This document shows positions 1-8,400 of a stretch of DNA of 57,879 bases, in pieces. The notes below the pieces were generated by a model. It searched no databases. It was not told the origin of the DNA and was given only the letters and a program-made list of their open reading frames with translations. The position numbers and the translations under genes were made by a program. The number at the start of each line of letters is the position of its first letter. Position 1 is the stretch's first letter. Source of the stretch: a virus (Duplodnaviria > Caudoviricetes); the IMG/VR virus record IMGVR_UViG_3300046011_002458, positions 1 through 57,879 of that record; one strand, written 5' to 3'.

Positions 1-3
1 AGA

Positions 4-129
4 TCCGTGCTGACCACCGGCTTCAACGTCAGGGACATCGATTTCCTGGTGCTGCTGCGCGCCACCAAGAGCCCGGTCCTGTATGTGCAGATCCTGGGCC
101 GAGCACTGCGCACGGCCGACGGCAAGACC
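4..129. repeat. 126-bp terminal direct repeat, identical to 57754-57879 (circular assembly overlap; unit length ~57,750 bp)
   Basis: Direct sequence identity of the two ends; helicase frame is continuous across the join. Confidence 0.95.
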
Positions 130-711
130 GACGCCCTGATCGCCGACTTCACCGACACGATCGCCACCCTGGGGCCAGTCGATGCAATCAAGGGCCGCGT
201 GCCCACCGGCAAGCGCAAGGGCGAGGCACCCACCAAGCTGTGCGGTAACTGCGGCAACCCGAACCCGGCGAGCGCCAAGGAATGCGTCGAGTGCGGGCAC
301 CCCTTCCCTGAGCCCGAGCTGATCAAGCATGGCGTCACCGCGTCTGCTGCGGCCGTGCTCAGCAGCCAGAAGGAAAACCTGTTCGAGACCGTGCCAGTCA
401 CCGAGGTGCGCTACCGCCTGCACCACAAGGAAGGCAAGCCGCCAAGCCTGCGTGTCGAGTACTACGACGGCATGCTCAAGAAGGCCGCCGAGTGGTGCTG
501 CCTGAGCCACGAAGGGTTCGCCAGGACCAAGGCCGAGAAGTGGTGGCAGCAGCGATCAAAGATCGACGCCATCCCCAGCAGCACCGAGGAGGCCATCGAG
601 TGGCTCGAGTACGACAACTCGATCCTGCGTGCCCCCGAGGCCATCATCGTCACCAAGGCGGAGAAGTACCCGTCAATCGTTTCATACCACTGGGAAAGGA
701 GAGCGTCATGA
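7..711 (+). CDS. C-terminal part of SF2 DExD/H helicase (RadD-like, with Zn ribbon); continues from 56845
   Basis: LTTGFN, QILGRALR helicase motifs V/VI; CxxC..CxxC; in frame with 56845 ORF. Confidence 0.9.
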   Translation: MLTTGFNVRDIDFLVLLRATKSPVLYVQILGRALRTADGKTDALIADFTDTIATLGPVDAIKGRVPTGKRKGEAPTKLCGNCGNPNPASAKECVECGHPFPEPELIKHGVTASAAAVLSSQKENLFETVPVTEVRYRLHHKEGKPPSLRVEYYDGMLKKAAEWCCLSHEGFARTKAEKWWQQRSKIDAIPSSTEEAIEWLEYDNSILRAPEAIIVTKAEKYPSIVSYHWERRAS

Positions 712-917
712 GTAAAGCAGTTCAAGATCAACAAGAGGTAGAGCGCCTGCGAGCGTCACTCGAGCACACCCTTCAGCGAGCGCCAGCATGGATTGCCGGC
801 GCATCCGTACAGGCCGTGCGCGATTGGAAGAAGCGCCACGCAGCAGCGAAGAAGACCGCCGGCAAGAAGACCGTCACCGCCACCGAGCTGGTGTCCGCAA
901 TTCAATCGGTGGCCTGA
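708..917 (+). CDS. hypothetical protein (MSKAVQDQ...)
   Basis: ATGA overlap with helicase stop, AGGAG SD. Confidence 0.7.
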   Translation: MSKAVQDQQEVERLRASLEHTLQRAPAWIAGASVQAVRDWKKRHAAAKKTAGKKTVTATELVSAIQSVA

Positions 918-918
918 C

Positions 919-1119
919 ATGAGGGTCGTCGAAATCGAAGTGAAGATCGGGCTTGCCCGGCGCGAGATGGAGTACTGGCAAGGCATCTTGAAAAACAAGG
1001 TGTGCGGCGAGTGCCAAAACTTCCAGCAGGGTAACTGCCTGAAGTTCAACGCCCGCCCACCAGGCGGCGACAAAGAACCCGGCTGCGACGAATGGTCGTG
1101 GGACGAAATCCCTTTCTGA
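919..1119 (+). CDS. small Cys-rich protein ending in WDEIPF
   Basis: CxxC..C..C; tight packing with neighbours. Confidence 0.75.
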   Translation: MRVVEIEVKIGLARREMEYWQGILKNKVCGECQNFQQGNCLKFNARPPGGDKEPGCDEWSWDEIPF

Positions 1120-1131
1120 AGTAGTATCACA

Positions 1132-1374
1132 ATGGCAATACCAACCAAACCCCAGCGCGACGGCGATCAGCCGATGCCAACACCAAACGCACACCCAGCC
1201 GTGTGGCCGATCGTCATGCAAGACATGCAGTCCCGCCACGAGCTGGGCGTCAAGCGCTACGGCACACCACTGCAGCCACACAACGGGCGCGACGCGCTGC
1301 GTGACGCATACGAAGAGGCACTCGACCTGGCGGTCTACCTGCGCACAGCAATCTACGAAAGGGATGGCAAATGA
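1132..1374 (+). CDS. small helical phage protein, possibly all-alpha NTP-pyrophosphatase-related
   Basis: RxxxGxxRYGTPL..NGRDAL.DAYEEALD pattern. Confidence 0.6.
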   Translation: MAIPTKPQRDGDQPMPTPNAHPAVWPIVMQDMQSRHELGVKRYGTPLQPHNGRDALRDAYEEALDLAVYLRTAIYERDGK

Positions 1375-1502
1375 AACTCTTGACCACTATGGCCGCAGCC
1401 TGGCTTGCAATCGGCGCTCTGGGCATGCTCTGCTTTGCACTGATGGGTGTGATGTTCAAGGTGCTTTACCTCGGCTTCATGTTTGGCTGGAGCGTGATGT
1501 GA
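1371..1502 (+). CDS. 43-aa hydrophobic membrane peptide
   Basis: MKLLTTMAAAWLAIGALGMLCFALMGVMFKVLYLGFMFGWSVM; start/stop overlap both neighbours. Confidence 0.6.
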   Translation: MKLLTTMAAAWLAIGALGMLCFALMGVMFKVLYLGFMFGWSVM

Positions 1503-1726
1503 CCAATGACATCCTCACCGAAGACGACCTGTGCGCGATCGCGGACTACCACACCCGCGATGGTCTGAAGACCTGGCTGCGCTCGAACTGCATCCCGTTC
1601 ATCGAAGCCAAGAGCGGATGGCCGCGCGTGCATCGCAAGGCCCTCGAGCACGCGATGGGCGTGAAGCAGGGCGAAGACTTGACCAAAGGCGCGCCAGTGG
1701 AATTTAACTTCGACTCGTTGCGCTGA
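1499..1726 (+). CDS. xis: excisionase-like protein (DUF4224-like)
   Basis: LTEDDL...WLRSNCIPF...GWPRV...NFDSL, directly upstream of integrase; GTG start. Confidence 0.7.
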   Translation: MTNDILTEDDLCAIADYHTRDGLKTWLRSNCIPFIEAKSGWPRVHRKALEHAMGVKQGEDLTKGAPVEFNFDSLR

Positions 1727-1746
1727 AGTATCACAAGCCTTATAAT
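1718..1746 (+). promoter_or_regulatory. sigma70-type promoter for integrase containing TATCACA half-site
   Basis: TTGCGC-17 nt-TATAAT; ATG begins 7 nt after the -10. Confidence 0.7.
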
Positions 1747-1752
1747 TCACGC

Positions 1753-2838
1753 ATGAAAAGACTTCCACGCTTCAGCGAAAAACGCGGCACCAGCAAGAGC
1801 GGCAAGGAGTGGGTGGCCTACTACCACACGCCCAAGGTCGACGGCAAAGTCAAGTGGACGCCACTGGGCAACAACCGATCGGCCGCGCTGCGCAAGTGGG
1901 CCGAGCTGGAGTTCAAGCCTGTGCCCAACGAGGCCGGCACGTTCAACGCGGTGGCCGACCAGTACATGGTTTGGGCCGAGGCCGAGGTCGTCGTTGGCGA
2001 ACTGGCACCGCGCACGATCGCCGACCGCAAGAAGTACCTCAAGGTCATGCGCCCTGTGTTTGGCCAGCACCCCTTCGCCGCGATCAAGTCGTCGGACGTG
2101 GTCACCTACCTGGACGTGCGCGGCAAGACATCCAAGCACAGCGCCGGCCAAGAGCTGCGCTTCCTGTCGGTCATGTGGAACTGGGCCAAGGCCCGCGACA
2201 TTGTGACCACGGCCAACCCGGTGACGGGCATCAGGCTGCCGGGCACCGGCAATCGCATGATCGAGGTGCGGCCGCAGGACTACTGGCTGGTCCACGGCTG
2301 CGGCGATCGGATGGTGCAAGACGTCATGGAGCTGGCCGCCAGGCTGGGCACGCGCCCGCAGGAGGTCTTCGGCCTGACGTGGGGCAAGGTGGACCTGTCT
2401 GCGAGCCCGATCACGGTCAAGGTCTGGATGAACAAGACCACCGGTTTCAAGATCGTCGTTGCCGATGCCGAGCTGGAGGCGCTGATTCAACGCCTACGGG
2501 GCGATCGCGACCGCCCGAAGGGTCACGTACTGGTCGACGAGGATGGGGCCGCCCTGAACCCTGTGGGCGCTTTCCGGTACCGCTTCACCGCAGCACGGAC
2601 GGCGGCCGCCAAGAAAGCCGAAGAGGCCGAGGTCGATCACCAGGACTTCCAACTGCGGGACTTGCGCCCGATGGCCGGATTGGCCATGCTGGATGCCGAG
2701 GGCATGGACGCTGCGCGCCGCCTGCTTGGCCACACCACCGAGCGCATGACGGCGCACTACACCACCAAGCGTCGGGGCTTCGTCAGCAAGTCCGCGAGCA
2801 TCAAGGTTAGAAGTACTTCTAACCCTTCACAAGAGTGA
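1753..2838 (+). CDS. int: tyrosine integrase
   Basis: GTRPQE (R), LRDLR, LLGH, HY catalytic motifs; adjacent attP. Confidence 0.92.
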   Translation: MKRLPRFSEKRGTSKSGKEWVAYYHTPKVDGKVKWTPLGNNRSAALRKWAELEFKPVPNEAGTFNAVADQYMVWAEAEVVVGELAPRTIADRKKYLKVMRPVFGQHPFAAIKSSDVVTYLDVRGKTSKHSAGQELRFLSVMWNWAKARDIVTTANPVTGIRLPGTGNRMIEVRPQDYWLVHGCGDRMVQDVMELAARLGTRPQEVFGLTWGKVDLSASPITVKVWMNKTTGFKIVVADAELEALIQRLRGDRDRPKGHVLVDEDGAALNPVGAFRYRFTAARTAAAKKAEEAEVDHQDFQLRDLRPMAGLAMLDAEGMDAARRLLGHTTERMTAHYTTKRRGFVSKSASIKVRSTSNPSQE

Positions 2839-3067
2839 TTAAAATGCCCACTCGCAAGTGCTTGTCACTGCTCAGGAATTATGGAGGCGGGGGTCGGAAT
2901 CGAACCGGCGTACACGGATTTGCAGTCCGCTGCCCAAAACTCACAGAAACCCAGCAACCATGCTGGTACCGGAGGTGGTCAGGCACTCTGATCACTTCTA
3001 ACATATCACAATGATTGTAGGCTGGCGACCCGCATGAATCCTCAACCCACCGCCAAAAAGTTAGAAG
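2806..3067. repeat. four GTTAGAAG/CTTCTAAC repeats flanking att core (probable integrase arm sites)
   Basis: Copies at 2806-2813, 2816-2823, 2995-3002, 3060-3067. Confidence 0.65.
2882..2933 (-). tRNA. 3' two-thirds of tRNA-Cys(GCA); attP core, not a complete tRNA
   Basis: Minus strand GCAGCGGACTGCAAATCCGTGTACGCCGGTTCGATTCCGACCCCCGCCTCCA: anticodon arm, T arm, CCA; 5' acceptor strand and D arm absent. Confidence 0.9.
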
Positions 3068-3083
3068 CAGAAAGGACCATCCC

Positions 3084-3371
3084 GTGAACATCCCGGAGAC
3101 GAAACCCCAGCGCACAGCCGTGTCGCTGAACGACATTCAGGACAAGGTCAAAAAGACCACCTACACCGTGTTGCCCGACGGCAAAACCACGATCTGCCAG
3201 CTCCACATGGAGAACGGCTACACGATCAACGGCCATTCGGCTTGCGTCGACCCGACCCAATACAACCAGGCCCTGGGCGAGAAGTACGCCTACGAGGACG
3301 CCATCAACAAGGCCTGGCCGCTCGAAGGCTACCTGCTGGCCGAAGAGATTTACCAAAGGAGCCAAGCATGA
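3084..3371 (+). CDS. N4 gp49/Sf6 gp66 family protein (possible Acb4-type nucleotide sponge)
   Basis: TTIC.L..ENGY...G.SACVDP..Y...LG...A...A..K.WPLEGYLL; AAGGA SD, GTG start. Confidence 0.8.
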   Translation: MNIPETKPQRTAVSLNDIQDKVKKTTYTVLPDGKTTICQLHMENGYTINGHSACVDPTQYNQALGEKYAYEDAINKAWPLEGYLLAEEIYQRSQA

Positions 3372-3889
3372 AGCAGTACATCGGAGCCAAGCAGATTAAC
3401 GCGATGCCGATGACCCGGTCGGACTACAACGATTTCCGCAACTGGATCTTGCCCGACGACGAGGACGGCAACGACGAGGGCTACCTCGTGGAGTACATCG
3501 ACGGCGGCCAGCGCAACACAGAGGCCTACAAGGGCTACGTGAGCTGGTCTCCCAAGGACGTGTTCGAGCGCTCGTACCGCGAGGTCAGCGGCCTGAGCTT
3601 CGGCCTGGCTCTCGAGGCCTTAAAGCTGGGCAAGAAGGTGGCGCGCGCTGGCTGGAACGGCAAGGGCATGTGGCTGTCCCTGTCCGGCCCGCTCGAGGGG
3701 CGCGTCATCGGAGCTGACCAATTCTGGTCGGAGAACAACCGGGAATGGGCGCGCCAGTTTGGCGGTGCAATGGTCTTGCCCTGCATCACCATGAAGACCA
3801 TTAACGCCAGCGGCCGCGAGGCAATCCTCATGGGTTGGCTGGCCAGCCAAACAGACATGCTGTCCGACGACTGGAGCATTGTCGAATGA
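3368..3889 (+). CDS. DUF2829/Tad2-like anti-defence protein with extra N-terminal domain
   Basis: FGLALEALKLGKKVARAGWNGKGMW...GWLASQTDMLSDDW. Confidence 0.85.
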   Translation: MKQYIGAKQINAMPMTRSDYNDFRNWILPDDEDGNDEGYLVEYIDGGQRNTEAYKGYVSWSPKDVFERSYREVSGLSFGLALEALKLGKKVARAGWNGKGMWLSLSGPLEGRVIGADQFWSENNREWARQFGGAMVLPCITMKTINASGREAILMGWLASQTDMLSDDWSIVE

Positions 3890-4527
3890 CCTTCGTCTGC
3901 CCCCTGCCACCCGTCAAGGTGCTGGTCCGGCCCGAGTACCTCTACGACTTTCAGTGCGACGAAAACGCACCGCTGGTCGAGGGTATCTGGTGCAGCGTCA
4001 AGTCCATCAAGGGCGAGGCGTTTCGCTTTGAGACCTACCTGCCCGAGTACGGCGCGCTCTACGACAAGCTGCCGATCAGTGCGTTCAGACACAACGACGC
4101 CCGCCAGCTCGGCGGCGACTTGCCGCTGGACATCCTGCAGATCTGGGATGCGCTGAGCTACCACGTCACGGTGGTCGACAAGCCGCTGCTCAAGGGTCTG
4201 CGTGCGCAGTTCTTCGCCAAGGACAAGCAGATCTACCAAGGCGAGTTCATGTTCACCCTGGACACCTGCAGCCCTGACCCGCGCATCCCCGACTTCGGCT
4301 TCAGCGAGTCGATCGATGAGCACAAGAGCTACAACGTGCTGAAGCTGGACAACGGCCAGTTTGCACTGCAGCCAAACAACCGGTGCCAGTTCTTCGACCC
4401 TGCATTCAACCCGCAGGCCATGAAGCAGCCCGACTTCAAGGTGGCCACCACGAAGTACCGCGTCGAACAGCAAGCCAAATGGCGGCTGGGCGACACCAGC
4501 AATTTCAACTACGAGAGCAACACATGA
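3886..4527 (+). CDS. conserved phage hypothetical protein
   Basis: ATGA-coupled, GC3-rich codons. Confidence 0.8.
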   Translation: MTFVCPLPPVKVLVRPEYLYDFQCDENAPLVEGIWCSVKSIKGEAFRFETYLPEYGALYDKLPISAFRHNDARQLGGDLPLDILQIWDALSYHVTVVDKPLLKGLRAQFFAKDKQIYQGEFMFTLDTCSPDPRIPDFGFSESIDEHKSYNVLKLDNGQFALQPNNRCQFFDPAFNPQAMKQPDFKVATTKYRVEQQAKWRLGDTSNFNYESNT

Positions 4528-4832
4528 GCACCACCTATGCCATCGCCAACGTGCAGCACAGCCTGCAGGCGCTGAAGGAAATGATCCCGCCCGAGAAGTG
4601 GAGCGAGACCCCGCTGCCCGTCATCGCCGCCCCAGGCTGGTGGATGGAAGAGCTGCGCACCGAGATGGGCGTCGAGCCAGGCTTTGAGCCCGAGTCGATC
4701 CACGGCTGCGCAGTCATGCGCAACGACGAGGTCACCGAGCCCTGGCTGATTGACCACGACGGCAAGCGCTACCCCATCCTGCCCAAGTGGCAGCGGGCCA
4801 AGGCCGAAGACACAGAAGGCGGTGCAGTATGA
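4524..4832 (+). CDS. hypothetical protein
   Basis: ATGA-coupled, typical codon use. Confidence 0.75.
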   Translation: MSTTYAIANVQHSLQALKEMIPPEKWSETPLPVIAAPGWWMEELRTEMGVEPGFEPESIHGCAVMRNDEVTEPWLIDHDGKRYPILPKWQRAKAEDTEGGAV

Positions 4833-5416
4833 GCACAGCAATCGTGACATTCGAGGACGCCGGCGACGAGGTCAAGATCAGCATGAACTTCGGCCCCGAG
4901 GGTGGCCAGGAGACCAGCGGCGCGCACCAGATGGCCGTCTCTGCTGTGCATGGCCTGCACAAGGAGCACGTCTCCAACTACCACCGCACGGCGGCCTGGC
5001 TGAAGGCCTGCGGCAAGGAGCCCAACCCCGAGGACCTCATGGTTCAGATCGGCTGCCACATCGAGGAGGTGTGCGAGTTCCTCGAGGTGCTGCGCACTGA
5101 CAAGGACGGCTACGCCAAGCTGCTTGATCGCACGCGCACCGACCTCGAGTGGTTCGCATCGAAGCTCAAGCGCCGGGAGCTCACGGTGTACATCCCACCA
5201 CACCTTCGTGAAGACGCCCTGGACGCCCTGTGCGACGCCGAGGTGACCGGCAACGGTGTGGCCTACATGGCCGGGCTGAACAAGCCCTCAGCCGACCAGG
5301 CTGTGCTGAACAGCAACGATGCCAAGCTAGTGGATGGCAAGCCCGTCATCCTCGAGGGCGGCAAGATCGGCAAGCCCGAGGGCTGGAAGCCACCGGACCT
5401 GCGATCGTTCGTCTAA
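4829..5416 (+). CDS. MazG-like/PRA-PH-like nucleoside triphosphate pyrophosphohydrolase
   Basis: EEVCEF..DALCD..V..SN..K..DGKP....GKI.KPEGW..PDL. Confidence 0.8.
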   Translation: MSTAIVTFEDAGDEVKISMNFGPEGGQETSGAHQMAVSAVHGLHKEHVSNYHRTAAWLKACGKEPNPEDLMVQIGCHIEEVCEFLEVLRTDKDGYAKLLDRTRTDLEWFASKLKRRELTVYIPPHLREDALDALCDAEVTGNGVAYMAGLNKPSADQAVLNSNDAKLVDGKPVILEGGKIGKPEGWKPPDLRSFV

Positions 5417-5443
5417 AAGAAGGGGGCCTCGGCCCCCTTTCTT
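5417..5443. terminator. bidirectional intrinsic terminator
   Basis: AAGAAGGGGGCC-TC-GGCCCCCTTTCTT between convergent genes. Confidence 0.85.
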
Positions 5444-8400
5444 ATTTCGGCACCACTCGCAAGTACTCGCGGTTCATGTCGGTCGAGAGCTTGTCACGCT
5501 CCACCTGAAGCTGCTTGCGCTGCAGCTTCTTCTCCGCGTCGGTCATGTCCTTGTCTTTGATGATCTCGATCTCGCGCTTGCGGATCATCGTCGACTGCTT
5601 CTGGTAGATCTCCTGCATCCCAGCCAGACGCATCAGGCGCTCTTCCTTGTCCTTGAGCTCAGGGTCTAGGCCCAGCTTCTGCTGCGCCTTCACCTCGTCG
5701 GACAGGGCCTTGACCTCACGCATGCGATCGCCGGCGGCCTTGATGTTGGCCCCCTCGTCGACTTCGCCGTAGAACTTGTTCAAGAACGGGATCTTGTTGG
5801 CCTTCAGGTCATTGCCGTCACCAGTCATCGCCACGACCGCCGTGCCAACCTGCTCGACGAAGGTGCCCAGGCCGCCCGTGGTGGCGCTGATCAGGGTCTG
5901 GATGGTGCCAGGTGCCACCGAGGTCTCCACGCCCATGATCTCGCCAGCTTTGGCCTCGTTGCCACCGCCCAGCTCGTTCAGTGCCTTGGCGATCTTGGCC
6001 GACACGGAGTCCTGCTGGCTGGTGAACATGCGCTCAGAGTCTGGGCGCTTATCGAACGGCGACTTCTGCGGAGACGATGGGGTGCCGAAGGTGCCGCGCT
6101 CAGTGATGATCTGGACCGGCAGGTCCACCAGGGTGGGCATGGCCGCCAATAGCACCTGGACGCCATCAGAAACGTCCACAGCGCCACCAAACGGGTTGAT
6201 TGAGCCCAGGACAGTGGACGTCATGTGCAAGGCCGCCTTGGTGGGTGTCATGCCACGCTTGGGGTCTTTCGCGTTGCGCAGGACGTCGGCCATCACGTAG
6301 CCCGCGTTGGGGAACATATTGAAGCCGTACTGCACAGGGATCGTCACGTAACGGCCGCGCTTGCCCACGCGATCGATGCCGCCTGCCAGGGCGTCGCCCG
6401 GTGGCAGCATGATCACGATGTTGCGCTCCTTCACGTAGCTCGGGATCTTGTCCCAGTAGGCTTCGCCGTCGTCGTCTTCGCCGCCGGCCGAGGCACCGTA
6501 CAGCGCCAGCATCATGCCGACACCAGTCACGCCGGCCATGGACGCCTGCACCGCTGGGCTCTTGAGCACCTTGAAGAGCTGGGCATTGCCCTGCACTGCG
6601 GCGTTGAAGAACAGGTACAGGTTGTTCAGTGCGCCGCCCCACTCGCCCTTGCGGTTGAAGTTGGTGGTGCCGTCCTTGGCCAGGATCGCAGCCTTTGCTG
6701 GGCTGTTGCCTTGCTCGCGCGAGGCTTGGTACAGCGCAAACCGGGTGGCGTTCTCTGAGGCCGAGCCCATGAACTCGAGCACGCGCAACGTGAGCTTGGC
6801 CAGCTTGAACGGGGGCAGCGACTTGACCGCTTCCCACGGGTTGCGTGCGGCCGCGCCAGCGAGCAGCAGCTCGTTGCGCAGGTCCTGGTTGATGTCGTCC
6901 AGCGAGCGCATGAAGAAGCCACCCGTGATGCCGCCGGCAGAGCGGAACTCTGCGAAGCGGGCATCCATCTGCGGGTTGCCAAACAATTTGTTGCTGGTGC
7001 CGGACACGCCGGCCTCTCGCCGGGCCGAGGCCATGAAGGCCTTGGGGTAGGAGGCCAGGTAGGTGGCCAACCCCTTGGGGCCAAGCTCAGCCAAAGCCGA
7101 GGCAGTGCCGGACCACAGCGCATCGCGAGGGATGTTGATCGCAGCGAATGCCGGGTTGTACTTTGTGAGCACAGCCCGCATCCAGTTGTTCCACCAGCCA
7201 GTCATGGCCAGGGTGGCGCGCTCGAGGCCGCTGGTCTCGTCCTTCCAGGCTTGGCGCAGTGCGCGTGTCAGCTCTTTGTCAGCGAACTTGATGTAGACCT
7301 GCTGGCCGCCCACCTTCACGCCGATCGTGTCCTCGCCCTTCTCAATGGACTTGGTGTACTGCACGGTGCCCTGGGCCTTGTTGAAGGCAGGCTTGCTGCG
7401 CTCGACATCCACACCCCACAGGTCTGGGTCTGGGTTCGACAGCACAAAGTCCAGCAGGACCTTGGCCACGTCATTCTTTTCGACGCGGCCAATCACGCGC
7501 TCGTAGTCGCGGATCACGTTTTCGATCAGGTCGCCGGCCTTGGACTTGCGGCCCATGGCGCGAACCGTCTCAGCACCGCGCACGTTGACGCCACGGCCAA
7601 CGCCTGGGCGTGCGACACCGGTATCGGCGTCGACGTTCTCGAAGCCACGCAGTGGGATGTAGTTGTCGTAAGCACCCTCGAGCGCCGTGAACTCGTCCGG
7701 CGTGATCAGGCCTTCGCTGAGCATGACCTGGCGCGTGGCCGAGGTGATGCCCATCAGGGCCTGGTGCAACTCCTCGAACTTCGCGGTGTCGCCGGCCAGG
7801 TCAACCATCTGCAAGATGTTGTCGGCCTCGTCGTTGGTCATGCCAGAGCCACCGTCAGGCATGCGCTTGTTGATGCTGGCGATGTAGGCGTTGCGCTCTT
7901 TGGCGTGCTTGGCGTAGCTGTACATGGACAGCTCGTCCATGTCGATGCCGTACTCAGCCGCCTTGTCGAGCATCGGCTTGACGATGTCGTTCTTGAAGTC
8001 GTCGATCGCTGCCTGGATGCGGCCAGGCATCAGGGTGTTGGCGTCGTAGAAGTTTTGCGCTTCGCCGACTGTGCCGCCCTTGGCCTTGACGGCCTCGATC
8101 ACGCGCTTCATGCGAAGCGCGTCGTCCTGCAGTTTGATGCGTGCGGCGTCGACGTTGCTGGTGGCGTCGACGTCGAAGTTGGAGCCGATCAGTTTTTGGC
8201 GGCGGTTGCTTCGGACTACGGCGTTTCCTTCTTCGACAGATCCGCCCCGCCCTTGAAGGCCTCCTCGACCCCCTTGCACATCTTCTTGAACTCGAGGTCC
8301 AGCTTCAGCTCTTCCTCCTTGGTCAGCGTAACCTTTGATGGTCGAGCGGTAGACTTGCTCGCTGATTCTTCCGGCCTTGAACTCTTGTTCGGTCGCATCT

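Noticed and set aside
4-129. Biological direct terminal repeat
   Set aside because: Lies mid-helicase and has k-mer-like length; most likely an assembler overlap (first 3 bases also mismatch)
2879-2960. Complete phage tRNA-Cys gene
   Set aside because: 5' acceptor strand and D arm are missing; fits attP duplication
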